Origin: Callorhinchus milii
Lineage: Eukaryota
DNA: 64,000 bases
Direction of reading: 5' to 3'
Assembly: GCF_018977255.1 (NCBI RefSeq)
Contig: NW_024704743.1
Span: forward strand, 56,918,001-56,982,000
Shown: piece after piece, positions 38,501 to 51,960 of the stretch
Layout of the letters: the number at the start of each line of letters is the position of its first letter
How positions within the stretch are numbered: the stretch's first letter is position 1
The notes under the pieces: generated by a model
What the model was told of the DNA's origin: nothing
Database searches by the model: none
Seen by the model: only the letters and a program-made list of their open reading frames with translations
Made by a program: the position numbers and the translations under genes

Positions 38501-39272
38501 GTAGTATTAATTTCACATTTTTCACCACATGGTAACAGTAACATCCTTTGAACCCACTTGACTCCTCATCAAATAACCCTGAATCTGTTAATTTCCAGCA
38601 ACTTATCCAGTTCTTTGTTGAAACCTTTCATATAGTAATTGCTTGTTCTTTTGCGTGTGCTGGTACAGCAGTTTGTTCCATATGCCTATTTGCCTTTTAC
38701 TACTAGGCAATTCTCAATTCAGTAAAGCTTTACAGGTTTCTCGTATAAAGGGTGCTTTGTCACACTCTGTTTCACATAATAGCTTACAAGTTGCAATCAA
38801 ATAATGTCTCTCAAATGCCCACACCTGTGCATTAAGAGCTACAATATACTATTAAATTACAAAGCTGTGACTGTCCACAACATCTGCAGGGACTAATGTG
38901 GTTGTTCTGAACGCTCCAGTATGTTTTGCACAAGAAAATAGAGCCTGGAAGGTGATTAAAGAATAGGGATTGGCTGAGTGTTGAACGTTTTAATAATTGT
39001 TGGGCCCCCTATTCTAATGTTACGTATGGCTGAATGTTTATTATTCCCATCACCAGTTAAAGACTTGTTTAAGAAGGGAAGTTTTTTTTCCAAGAATTAA
39101 AAGCTATTGTGTCAGACAGTACAGTCAATTATTTCTTTTGAGTTTTAAATAATAATAGTTTTGCTCATTTTCTCCCCTTTCTCCCCTGACTCCTTGGGGT
39201 ACAATTCCACGGAGCCCATTGCCTTCTTTATCCCCCTAGCTGTTCTCCAGCGATGACCTAAGAACCTAAATC

Positions 39273-39662
39273 ATAATAATCCTAGTATTTATCACTTCAT
39301 CAAGATGTCTCAAAGCGCTTCACAAAATTCGCTGTAAAGAGTTGTGACTATGGGCAAACATGACACCCAATTTGTGGACAACAATATCCCACAAATAGCC
39401 ATGACCAACTTTACCTAAATAATTGTGGTCAGGTCACTGACACTGGGAGAAACTCCCTTCTTTTTTCGAATAGTGCCATGGGATCTTTAGCGTACATCTG
39501 AACATCAGACAACCTTGATTTAAAAGCTCATCTGAAGGATGGCACCTCTGACAATGCAGCGCTGCATTGGATTGCCATCCTAGACAGTGAGCTCCAAGTC
39601 CTGACATGGAGCCTAGACCCACAATTTTCTGACTCAGAGGCAAGGACACTGCCAACTGACAC
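39273..39662 (-). mobile_element. SacSINE1/DeuSINE-like element
   Basis: AATAGTGCCATGGGATCTTT, TCATCTGAAGGATGGCACCTCTGACAATGCAGC, TTCTGACTCAGAGGCAAG. Confidence 0.82.
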
Positions 39663-41144
39663 AGATCAACTATTCCTGTAAGTGATTTGACCTCCTAAAA
39701 CCAACCTGATCCTGTTCTCACTTTATATCCACATTTTCCAACAAACATTGGCAGAGAAGCACATCTAATGCCTAACAATTAATACTTTACTAGCAACAGT
39801 AGTAGAGTCACCTCACGTTTCTCCCATGAAGATAAAGATCAGATTCACATAAGGTGCAAGTGGTTTCCTTTCATATGTCCATTTATGGGCTTTATTTCCA
39901 CACAAGAAAAAGATAAAGCCAACAAATGAAGTGACTAAATGCACTGGGGTATTCACCTTCACTTACAAATATTGTCAGTTTACTCTGCACCTATTCCCTG
40001 TGAAGTGCTTTGAGATATTTCAATGTTAAAGGTGTAATATTCAAATGGAAGAATTACTACTATTAAAATAAATATCATAGATTTAAATGAGATAGTGAAA
40101 AATGACCTTGCCCAAGTGATTACAGGAATAGCACCTTATACGAGCTCAGTGTTGCATCTTGTGTTGGCTGTGGCTGAGAACCGGAAATTATGTGTCAGCT
40201 TCGCTCAATTGGTAGCTATCTCACCTCTGAGTCAGAAGGCTGTGGGTTTAAGCACTGCATGGGAACTTTGAGCTCATAAACTTTACAGTTGGGCACTTCA
40301 ATGTAATGCGAGGAACACAATGTTTTGTCCGAGGTAGCGTAGTTCAGATAACTTATCAAAATCGAGGTCACGTCTGCCCATTCATGTGGGTGTATTTATA
40401 TATTTTTTACCAGCAGAGATTAAAATGTTCAGCGCCTTGGGATGTCCTCCTGACATGAAAGGCATTATACAAATGTAATTTGTTGTTGTTGTTGTGTCAA
40501 AGATCCCATGATACTATTTGAAAAGAGAAGGGTGTTTCTCCCTGAACCCTGGCCAACAATCCCACAGATAACTTTATGGCTGTTTCGGGGACATTACTGT
40601 TGGTCTTGCTCCATTCTACCTCTACAACCCTCTTAAACCTTACAAACTCACCCGCTCCTTCTGCTGAACGGTACTTCCTGTCCCCAGCCTATCACCCCCA
40701 CTCTCTAGAACGCCATCCCGGAGTCCCAACAACTCACCCCTTCCCTCACCTCCTGCGGGGTTTGCTTCAAGGCCTTCCTTTTTGACAGTGTCTTCGGTTA
40801 TCTTTCCCCCTTCCCCATACCCCTCCGCCATCACTCCCAGCTTGGGTGGAAACACTTGACTGTTCAGGGCTTTGAACATCTCCCTGACATGATTTAATTC
40901 CCCATGATGGTCTAGTGGGTAAAAGCACCACACGTTACAACACTAATCTATACAGAGCAAAAGGCTACAGACTATCGGTACCTGAACAGCTCATCTCTAC
41001 CCGTACACCAGTTGGAACAGTCAATTGGCTCACATAGGAGCCCTGGCTCTGTGTTGTATCAGAGGGCACCCAGCAGCCATGAAACCATATCCAGCAAGCC
41101 ATTGTCTTCAGGAGAAGTGCAAAGGAGAGCATTGGAAGAAAATC

Positions 41145-41780
41145 AGTAACAACTACAACAAATTGCACTTATATAGTGGCTTTGTCATCGGAGGACATCA
41201 CAAGACACTGGACGGTGAAAGGTTTGCACCCAAGCTGGGGGCTGGAATCAAGAGGGGTGGAGGGGAAAGGGAGTTGGAGATGGGAAGATGACTGAAGGCA
41301 TGGTCAAAGAGGAAGGTCTTGAGATGGGCCTACATGGAGGCAAGACAGAAGGCGAGGTGGAGGGTTTCCAGGATGGAGTTTCAAAGGGTGGGGCAGAAAG
41401 GCTGAAGGCCACACCACCGATTGTGGAGTGGGCAGAGCAGAGGACGTGCAGTGGTCTAGTGCAGCGAGAGCAACAGGTTGGTAAAGTTTTAGTGGGTTGC
41501 AGAGGTAGGGAGAAACAACGCTGTGGATTCACAGAGCTCAGTGTGGGAGAGGACATGAGCTATAGAGTTCTGAATAATATGCATCTTGTGGAGGGAAGAG
41601 TTGGGAAGTCTAACACGCAGGGAGTTAGCACTGCTGGATGTACTAAAAGCATGGATGAGTGTCCAGCCAGCCTGAGGGGAGAAGTAGTGGAGGAGGCAGA
41701 CAAAGTTGCGATGGTGGGGGAAAACAGAATGGGTTGTGGTATGAATGTGAGGTTTAAAGAAAATTGTAGGAGAAAAAATT
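41145..41780 (-). mobile_element. L2 3' fragment
   Basis: LPNSSLHKMHIIQNS, TIGGVAFSLSAP and L2 tail at ~41150. Confidence 0.85.
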
Positions 41781-42557
41781 CTGAGAGAAGAAAAAATACT
41801 AAGATCTGTAGCAGAATTTAACTTTGAATGATGTGGCATGTCACACGTTGCAGTGAAACATACTGTGACACTATGAGCTTCTGGTCCAAAGAATGCAATA
41901 TGACAATGAAAACATGTCTTGACTGTACTATTGTGCTTCAAACATTTCCCCTTCTCCACAAAATAACAGTTATAATGGCCGAAAGCCAATTGCGGTCCTC
42001 ACTCAATGAAGGAAGGAGCTTCAAGTTTGCAACAGTTCAGTTCAGGATGTGGAAAAGACCATGCATTGCTATTTCTATACAGTTTTCAATGTGACATTAT
42101 CAGAGTATCTGGTCCAGGATTTAGTGTCAGCCAAGAACAGGTATAATTAACAACACTTGGTGTAAATGTTGTCTCTGTGCTTGCTTCTAATGGATAAGGT
42201 TGCAGGACATTACAATCTGTTTGATTTTACATGCCGATAAATGGCATTGGTTCCACTTAAATACATTTCAAGGGCAACACCTTTCAAGTAGAGCCTTGCC
42301 CTGTCTGGGTGGAATTGCTGTGTTGCCACCACATTCTCTCCTTCAGAAACGGGAAGAAGTAAAGCAACAAATGACCACATTTTTGATTGCAATAATCTGA
42401 GGCACAGGAAAAGCTAGAGTGACAGGATAAGCCTCCACAGCACTCATTGAAGTACTTTCCATCAGAAATAAAATTCACGGTTGTTTTACTGAAACTTCTA
42501 CTGAAACATAGATCAGGAGAGTCCCAGGTTTCACTTATCTTTTCTGAATTATCTGAT

Positions 42558-43240
42558 CTCAACAACAATGACAATTTACATATATATAGTGGCTTTCATG
42601 AGACAGAGCTGACAAGGAGACTGAGCTGGGGGTGGGGAGCTGAGGAGGATGTATATATGTGTGTGTGGAAGGGGGGCGGTGGTGGGGGGGTGATAGGGGG
42701 ATAATTATCTGAAAGTGTGATTGAAAAGGGAGGTGGACTTTAAAGGTATGAAGAGAGAGGATGAGACAGGGGCCTCCAGGATGGAGTTTCAGAAGGCGAG
42801 AGTGAATGGCTGATAGCTCACCCACTGGGTGAAGAACATGAAACAGGCCTGTGTTTGTGAGCAGAGGGAGCAGCTGTGATGGTAGCATTGCAGGAGGTCA
42901 CAGAGATATAGAGAGGGATCTGAACATGAAGACAAGGATCTCGAATTTCTTCTATGGGGGGATGGGTAGTCAGTGGAGCCGAGAGAGGATGGGGGAGATA
43001 GGCTTGAGGAACCTGTTACAGAAGAGAACATGAGCTCAGGGTCAGAGGGTCTCCAGCTGGTGTTGGGAGGAGCAGGGGACTCTGGTATGAGCAGGGCATT
43101 CTAGTAGACAAACTTCGTTATGATGCGGGTGGGGGTCCAGGTAGTAGTGAAGGCAGACAATGTGGCAGAGATGAGAGAAAGCTGAGTGAATGAGAGCCCA
43201 GATATGATTGTATGTTTGGGTGAAGGAGGGGTTCCAAATG
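42558..43240 (-). mobile_element. Old L2 3' fragment
   Basis: CCCTCTCTCGGCTCCACTGACTACCC-type LHW motif on the minus strand; (ACA)n tail at 42558. Confidence 0.75.
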
Positions 43241-43710
43241 TTTACTTCAGTTTCCCAAGGTAGCTAAGGGAAATAAATAGCATGATTTTGTGATAACTAT
43301 CCAATAAGCCTTGGTGCCAGAAGCATGTGTTTGGACTATGGTTTGAGAACAGGCCTGGGCCGAGTTGTGATTTCTCCAGTGGTTGAATTGTCAACTGACA
43401 TTCAAAGAATAAGAATAGTTTGTTGAGTGAGTGATCAGTATTATAATTTTGAGGTGTGAAGAGAAAAAAATTGGAAGGCTAAAGTAAAGGGGAACTAAGT
43501 AAATAGGAGTCAACTATAGGGAATGGGGAAAAGATAGGTAAATGAGACTAAAAGGATTGCTCTTAAAAGAGCCATTACAATCACAATGGGCCAAATGGCC
43601 CTCTTCTGTGCTGTAAATATCTATGGTTCTAAAAGGTATCAAAACAATAATATATTTAGTCAAGTAGGAAAAAATGCATTTGCACAATACTGCAAAGTGA
43701 CTCTATCAGA

Positions 43711-44006
43711 GTAGAGTCCTGTAGCTCAGTGGTTAGAGTACTCGCCTTAAAAGTGAGAAACCTGGTTTGATTCCTGGCAGGGTGAAACCTTCGGCAAGTT
43801 TCCTTACTCCACCTGCCTGATAATAATCTTAAGAAAAAAACAATAATAAATTGGTCACTTCAATCCACGACTGTTTGTGGGACACTGCTGTGTGCAATTG
43901 GCTGCCACGTTTCGCCCACAAATATAGGGTCAATTCACTTTGCAGTATATTTTGTGAAGCGCTTTGAAAAAGCATTATATGAAATGCAAGGATTATTATT
44001 ATTATT
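43711..44006 (+). mobile_element. Young SINE, same family, tail stem-loop deleted
   Basis: Head and body intact; tail reads GCGCTTTG-AAAAGCATTATA, so the hairpin is missing. Confidence 0.88.
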
Positions 44007-44034
44007 GCGGTATTTGGCATTTCATGAATGAAAT

Positions 44035-44420
44035 AACACAATATAAAGTATAGCACCTTACCGTGTCAAAAGATGCTGCACAGATTTTCCTGTAAAGTGT
44101 AGTGACTCTGTGCACAACAAAATTACACAAGCAACCATAAAGTGAGTGACCAATTTTATTTCAGGGATTGTTGGGTAGGATACTGGAGGAAATGTCCTCC
44201 TCTTTTTGATTCGTAACAGTGGATATTTAACACCACTTTAAATAGACAGACGAGAACTTGGTTTAATGTCTTGTCCGAAAGATGGCACCTCTGACAATCC
44301 AGCCATTCCATCACTGTATTGAAGTGTCAACCTAAGCTATTAGCTCAAAGATCAAGCGTGGGGCTTGGACCGCCAACCTTCTGATTCAGAGATGAAAGTG
44401 CTACCAACTGAGTCAACTGA
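44035..44420 (-). mobile_element. SacSINE1/DeuSINE-like element
   Basis: TCCGAAAGATGGCACCTCTGACAAT, CCTTCTGATTCAGAGATGAAAGTGCTACCAACTGAG. Confidence 0.8.
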
Positions 44421-46094
44421 TATCATGGTGAACCATCCCAAAGCCAAGTAATTACTGTCAAGTGTAGTGATATTTTTTGCAGGCAGATGTGGTGGACATT
44501 TTATTAGCAAATGCCACACAAAGATTAATTCCAAGCCTTGGGATGTCCTCCTGACATGAAAGGCGCTATATAAATGTATTTTTGTTGTTGTTGAAAAGAC
44601 AAATGAATCTGGTGCATTGTTGGCCAGAGAACTCCCTTCTGTTTTGAATTAAGACTAACATCCACTTGAAAATCAATAATAATAGAATATGTTTAACAGG
44701 GAGTTGCAAAATTTCATAAATTGCTTTGAAAATGATGTGAAGATACATTCAAAGACAGAAGGGTTATTAATTAAAATAACAAAATATCATTAAAACTTTT
44801 AGTTTTGATTTGAATAGATGAGATCTGTTCGGATGGGACTAAACGGCAGTTATTTAAGGAATAAGTGAACCTTTAGTTCTGTCTGTGAAACACAGCCAAA
44901 TGAAATACAATCCGTCTCCCATTGTATCATAGCTGCTCTTCTTTGATCTGTATAATTTATTACTTCTGCAGCCTTGGTGAAACAAGCACCAGGCCTCGGT
45001 CTGCATACCTCAGTAGAACAGGTGTAATTTACAGTTTTTGCTAACCTCAGAATTCAGAGCCAGAGGGAGTTAACTTCAACCAAAAGAAATATGTACTGTA
45101 AATATTTTAACCTCTCGAGACTTACGCATTAGTGATCATTGAAGGTTATGTTTTGTGCGCAGTTTATCGATGGAAAATTTTAATTTTTTCATGGAATCGC
45201 TGACGATGGTTTGTAAATGCTTCACTTTCTCCGCCTTTCAGGACAAAGTCCATTATAATCCTGTCTCAGATTTGCAAATCCGGATTCAACAGAAGGGTGA
45301 GAGAGTTGAAGGACTGTCAGGGCGAGGCTGTGCACACATGAGATCGATTTACGTCAGTCAGTTTTCAATGCAGCACCTATTCCCTATGAGGAAACATTAC
45401 CTGTAAGTCATAAGGTACACACGCCAGTTCTAAAGGTGTCACCACTTTGTTTGCATAGTGAACACAAGGCTTCTTTTCCAAATCTACATCTTTGCTTGGC
45501 ATTTTACTAGTGAATGATTCAAGATAGTTTGCATGGATTTCAAAAGAAAATTAAACAATGAATTCACAAACACACAAAGATTGGGGGTTATGTATAGATG
45601 TGTATGTGGCTGGAATCAGTCCATCTTAAGAAATTGTACTACTTAGCTTAGTTTAATAATAGTTCAACAATAATAATAAGCCTGCATTTGATATAGAGCC
45701 TTATCACAACTTCGAGACATCTCAAAAAGCTTCACAGAATATAAAGTGAATTGACTGTACATTTTGTGAGCGAAACGCAGTGGCTAATTGCGCACAGCAG
45801 CAGCCAATTGTATTTTATCTCACCAACTAGCCACTTCAAGGTCAGTTTTTGTCTATGACCACATTTTGGATTAATGCGATAATTATTATTGTGTTTTAGC
45901 CCTGATAATATAATAATGATCATTGAATTTCATAGTATTTATAACTTCAAAAAGTCTTGAAGCGCTTAAAAGGCAATTGCTTTAAAGTACTGTATTTTAA
46001 CTTTGTACTTGTAGGCAATTATAGCAGCCAATTTGCACACAGCAATGTCCCACAAACAGCCATGAAGTGAATGGTCAATATATTTAGAGGATTT

Positions 46095-46235
46095 TTGCCC
46101 TGTACACTAGGACATTCTGGACCTGCATATCACTTGTATTTGCTCATCGGTCCATGAAGCTGTGAATGGTTTGCAGGCCAGATAAGATCATCCCCCGGGT
46201 CAGATGCGGCCCTCAGGCCACTCTGGCCTGGGCAA
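46095..46235. mobile_element. Possible decayed non-autonomous hAT-type DNA transposon end
   Basis: GCAGGCCAGATAA..CCCGGGTCAGATGCGGCCCTCAGGCC resembles the GCGGGCCGGAT..CGGCCCGCGGGCC subterminal motif of hAT MITEs. No TIR pair or TSD confirmed. Confidence 0.4.
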
Positions 46236-47498
46236 TGAGCTTAATATGGAGCTTGACCCCCTTGCTTTGTGCCGCAATGCACAGTCCAAAACTCCCATCT
46301 CTCACAACAAGCATCTTTACAGCCTTTTAGTGAGGTTGCTATTTACATGCCAATTTTCCTGAGAGAAGGGTCACTTTATTCCCAGAAGTATACACCCAGT
46401 ACTTCTCTCTTTTCCAGTCTTATACAATCTGTGGAAAGGCCATCAGTTGTACATACATTGAGGACTAATATATAACAATTTCTAACAGGAATCTTTAATA
46501 AGGAATCGGAAGTACTACATGCTGATCCATGCAAACTACTTTTCTCAAAGTAGCTTGTGTTGGAGCTCAGTTCCTGTGATCAGTGATTCTTATCTTTTTT
46601 TGCTGAACATTTACAGTAATAATCCTTTCATTTGATAAAGAAAATATCCCACTGTAAAGCGTATCGACTATGTATTTGCAGGTGAATGCGGCGACCAATT
46701 TGTTCACAACAATGCCCAAATCACAGCCATAAAGGAATGACTAATTTTACCTGGAGAGTTATCACCAGTAGAAAATCCTTTTGGAGCAGTGCCAGGGGAT
46801 TCACCTAAACAGGTAGATAAAACCTTGATATTTTATCCAAAGGAAGGCGCCTCCAAAATGGAACACACCTAGCAATGCATTGGAATGACAGCCTGAACTC
46901 TGAGATTGACGCAATCTGTGCTAAAACAAGTAATTGCATCCTAAAAATATCTTTGCCAAAGAATGAGGTGTGGCTGCTGTTCCTCTCCAGCACTGGTAAC
47001 AGTGGCCCTTCATCAACCATGACTCATTACCAGAAATATTTGGGATTTCAAAACAATGCATTAGAAAGCGCCTACAATGATCACGATGTTATAGAGTTGA
47101 CTCAAAGGGGCAGGAACAGATATGAGGCATAAATGTAAATTGCACCGTATTAAATACAGAGAGACTCAGATTTGAACTGTGGCAAGTCTGAGAAGTGACA
47201 TTTTACGAATAGCAAGCATAATATCAATTGTGCACTATTCAAACATGTGGCAAAATTGGGGTTAGTTTGCAACTGTATAAAGTAAATCAAAATAGGTCAC
47301 ATTAGTCCCTAATTTTCTACCCTCTTCCTATACTGAAGGAATGAATGTAGGTGGAGAGAAGGAGAGTTACTCTGTCACAGTGCATCAGGAAACAGTAGAC
47401 AAGACTGGTAAACTATTAGGTATTCCCCAGTCTTATTGACACACTGATGATTGACAAATGACAGCACTCTTGCCTCTGAGGCAGGGAGTCATTCCACT

Positions 47499-47645
47499 CA
47501 GCTCCTGTTAACCCTGCAAGCTAAAGCCCTAATGGGTAGGGTGGTCTTAGCTGGACAAGCAGTGGGAAAGCTTGCCAGACAGCAATATCAATGGCATTAG
47601 CTGGTTAGACTTCAGCAGTACCCCAACATACACTCTATGGACCCC
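47499..47645. repeat. Unclassified interspersed repeat, copy 1
   Basis: CAGCTCCTGTTAACCCTGCAAG..CAAGCAGTGGGAAAGCTTGC..GCAATATCAAT..CTGGTTAGACT..CAGCAGTACCC recurs at 61030-61500. Confidence 0.85.
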
Positions 47646-48757
47646 AAGCCTTAGCTCTTACCAACCTGCGCCTAATACTTTCCGGAATTAGGTAAACAGG
47701 ATGTATCCTTCTAGGGAGAGAATGTGCATTCCATTTCAACAATTTATCTCTAGAATTCCCATGGTACTGTTAGGAAAGAGAAGGGAGTTTCTCCCGGTGT
47801 CCGGGCCAACAATCCTTCAGATAAAATTTATCATTCACTTCATGGGAAAATGACTGCCATGGTTGCCTACAAAATATACAATCACTACACTTCGAAGTCT
47901 CTAAGATGTGCTAACACACTATATCAAATGCAAGTATTATTATAAATAATAAGTAGCAGGAACACAGGCTAATTTTCATTTCCCTAACATGGGAGGCTGA
48001 GGTCAAGTATAGATATCTCAGACATTGACATTAGCTAACTCATTGCAGAATGTGGATTGAACCTGTAACCTTCACGATCCGTGCAACTCAGTCACTCACT
48101 GGATAAACTTGCTGAAGCATTGGATCATCCTATTTATTTAAAATGTACATCTGAAATAGTAAGCAATTATTCAGCAACAATTCAGAAGCAAAAAAACTGA
48201 ACAAGAAATGGATGACGCTTCTATTTTCAGAAACCATCCAGAGATCTTTTAAATATATATATGCAGCTGGCAGATATGAAAGAGTAACACACGTGTGATG
48301 AAGTGTATTCTGACAACCAGATAAATCAAATATAAAACAAAGCAGAGACACATTCTGTGGAATGGTTGCACTCTGTACACCCCTACACAGTTTACATAAA
48401 ATACACCAAATCTTCAAGTCCTACAGTATCTGCATATTGAACGGTTTAACGTTCCACAAATACCATCAGATATTAAAGATAAGGCATTCCTGCTGAATCT
48501 GAAATGCAATGTCTGTGCTTCCTCATGTTCTTCACCTGTTGAGTGTTATTCAGATTTTTTTGTAAGGAGGGTACAATTGGGCATGCTGGTCCCATCTGCC
48601 TGTTCAGGTGGACATTAAAGATCCCATGGCACCATTTGAAAGGAGAAGGGAGTTTCTCCCAGTACGGACAACAACAATTCACTCCACGGCTGTTTGTGGG
48701 ACATTGCTGTGTGCAAATTGGCTGTCGTCTTCTGCTACAAAATATACAGTTACTGTT

Positions 48758-51700
48758 AGAATCATAGAATCATACACACAGAAGGAGGCCATTCGGCCCA
48801 TTGTGTCTGTGCCAGCTCTTTGAAAAGAGCTATCCAAATCAATCCCACTCCCCCGCTCTCTCCCCACATCGCCCCGCAAACTTGTCCTCCCCAAATAATT
48901 AGCTAATTCTCTCTTAAAACTTGCTATCAAATCGGCTTCCACCAACCTTCAATCAATGCATTCCAGATCCAAATAACTCGTTGTGTGAGAAAAATGTCTC
49001 CTCTCCTCTACTCTGTTTCTATAAACAACTATTTTAAATTGGTGCCCTTGGGTTACCGACCCACCCACCAGTAGAAAGTTTCCCCTTGTTCACCCTATCG
49101 AATCCTCTCATAATTCTGAAAACTTCTATTATGTCTCCTCTTAACATCCACTGCTCCACGGAGAATAATCCTAGCTTCTCTAGCCTCTACTGATAACTGA
49201 ATTCCCTCATTCCTGGTACCATCCTGGTAAATCTCCTTTGCAATCTCTCCAATGCCTTGAAATCTTCCTAAAGTGTGGTGCCCAGAACTGAACACAGTAC
49301 TCTAGCTGAGGCCTAACCAGTGTTTTATAAAGGTTCATCATAATTTCTTGACTTTTGTATGCTATGGCCCTATTTATAAAGCCTAGTATCCTGTATACTA
49401 TTTTAACAGCTTTATGTTCCTGTCCTGCTCCCTTCAAAGATTTACTTATATGAACCCCAAGGTCTCTCTGTTCCTTCATCCCCTTTAAGATTATACCATC
49501 TAGCCTATACTGCCTCTCCTCATTCTTCCTCCAAAAATGCATCACTTCACATTTCTCCACATTAAACTTCACCTGCATGTGTCTGCCCATTTTGCCAATC
49601 TGTCCATGTTCACTTGCAGTTTGTTACTATCCTCCTCACTGTTTACTACTTTTCCTAGCTTAGTATCATCTGCAAACTTGGAAATTGTACTTCCTATACC
49701 CAAGTTCAGGTCATTTATATAGATCAAAAAGAGCAGTGGTCCAAATACCGATCCCTGGGGGGGCAACACTGCATATCTATCTTGACCACCGTCAACCTTT
49801 TTAGTACTGCCTCTTGGTTTATTCTTATCTTATCCAATTTCTCTACCCTCTCCTCCGATACTGTGGCATTGGCTGCATCCTCTTCTTTAGTGAAGACAGA
49901 TGCAAAGTATTCATTCAGTACATCAGCCATGTCCTCTGCCTCCACAAGAAGAATTCCTCCTTGGTCCCTAATTGGATCCATCCAACCTTTGATTAAGCTT
50001 TTATTCTCTATATGCTTATAAAATACCTTAGGGTTCCCTTTTATGTTACCCGCTAATCTTTTCTCATACAGTCTCTTTGCCCCTTTTATTTTATTTTTCA
50101 GTTATCCTCTGTATTTTCTATATTCTATTTGATTATCTTCTGTATTTTGGACCTGACATTTATCATAAGCCTCCTTTTTCTGTTTTATTTTAAACCCAAT
50201 TTCCTTATTCATCCAAGGAGGTTTGGATGCTCTACCTTTCCCCTTTGTGGGAATGTATTTGTCCTGTCCCCGAACTATCGCCTCCTTGAAAGCTTCTCAT
50301 TGTTCATTAGCTGTTTTACCTGCCAGTCTTTCTTTCCAGTCCACCTTGGCTAGGTCCCTTTTTAACTCACTGAAATTAGTCCTCTTCCAGTTGAATATTT
50401 CACCTTTGATTTTCCCTTGTCCCTTTCTATAAGTACTCTAAATCTAATGATGTTTTGATCACTGTTGTCCAGATGCTCTCCTACTGAAACCTGCTCCTCT
50501 CGCCCCATTTAATTCCCCAGGATTAGATCCAGCACTGCTTCTTTCCTCGTTGGGTTGGAAACATACTGATCCAGAAAGATATCCTACACAAATTTCAGGA
50601 ATCCTTCCCCTTCCTTGCCCTTTACACTGTTATTTTGCCAGTCTATGTTAGGATAATTGAAGCCCCCATTATCACTACTCTATTGTTTCTGCATCTTTCT
50701 GAAATCTGCTTGCAGATTTGCTCGTCTATCTGCTTCCCACTATTTGGTGTCTGTAGTATACATCAAACAGAGTAACATCTCCTTTTCTGCTCCTTAACTC
50801 TAACCAAATAGATTCTGTTTTTGGACTTTCTAGCACATTGTCCCTTTCCAGGGTCGTAACCGCGTCTTTAATCAATATTGCCGTCCCCCTCCTTTTTTTC
50901 CTTTCCTATCCCTCCTGAATACATTGTAGCCAGGAATATTCAGCTCCCATTCCTGCACTTGTTTGAGCCAGGTCTCCATTATAGCCACTACATCATAACC
51001 TCATTTGACAACTTGAGCCTGCAGCTCACCAACCTTATTTGTCACACTCCATGCATTTATACATATGCACTTCAAGATTGACTTAGTCTGCTTTGCATTT
51101 CTCCCCCATCTAATCCCTCCTTTTTCTGGACTACTCCTTATTGCATTGCTATTTGTCTCTCCCAGCCCTCTATGTAACTTGTTTGTCCTCCCTGATGCTA
51201 GATCCTGATCCTCTTCCCCTCTCAAAATTTGTTTAAACCCTTCCCCACATCCTAGTTAACCTCTCTGTGAGGACATTGGTCCCAGCCCTGTTCAGGTGTA
51301 ACTCATGCACCTTGTACCTGCCCCAGAGCTGGTCCCAATGTTCCAAGAACTTGAAGCCCTCCTTTCTGCACTATTTCTCGAGCCATGCATTCATGTGTTT
51401 GATCCTGCTGTTTTGATATTCACTTGCATGAGGCATTGGGAGTAATCCAAAGATCACCACCTTTGAGGGCCTACTCTTTAGCTTTTTCCCTAGTTTCTGA
51501 TAGTTTCCCTGTAGGATCTCTGCCCTTTTTTGCCCTACATCATGGATCCCAAAATGGACCGCAACTTCTGGATGTTCCCCTTTCCCTGTAGAATGTTTTG
51601 CACCCGCTGCATGATGTCTTCAACACTGGCACCAGGGAGGCAACATACTATGTGAGAGTTATGTTTTGTTTGCATAATTATCTGTCTACTCCTTTGACTG

Positions 51701-51960
51701 TTGTGCCCCAATGACAATTGTATTGACACTCTTCGCTGTGTCCCCCTGGGCACCCATTTGCTTTTGACTCCTCTCCCCAGAGGTGTGATCACCCTCACCC
51801 TTATTCAGTACAGATAACCAGTTTGTGAGTGCCACACTCTCAGGGGATTTCTGCATTACCCGTTCCCTCTTCCTACCATGCTGGGAGGTCACCCACTCAC
51901 TCTCCTCATCAAACCGCTGTGGATGTGGAGTGACCACCTCCTGAAACGTTCGATCCATTC
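48758..51960 (-). mobile_element. Long decayed CR1 LINE: ORF1 (esterase-like) + EN + RT C-terminus, internally deleted
   Basis: 3' end (TAGAATCA)n..GGCCATTCGGCCC. RT PQGSVFGPLLFLIYINDL, KFADDTKL, LVRPQLEYCVQFWAP; linker VLNEYFASVFTKEE; EN start CICINAWSVTNKVGEL; ORF1 VCCLPGASVEDIMQRVQNIL and MDRTFQEVVTP. Confidence 0.93.
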
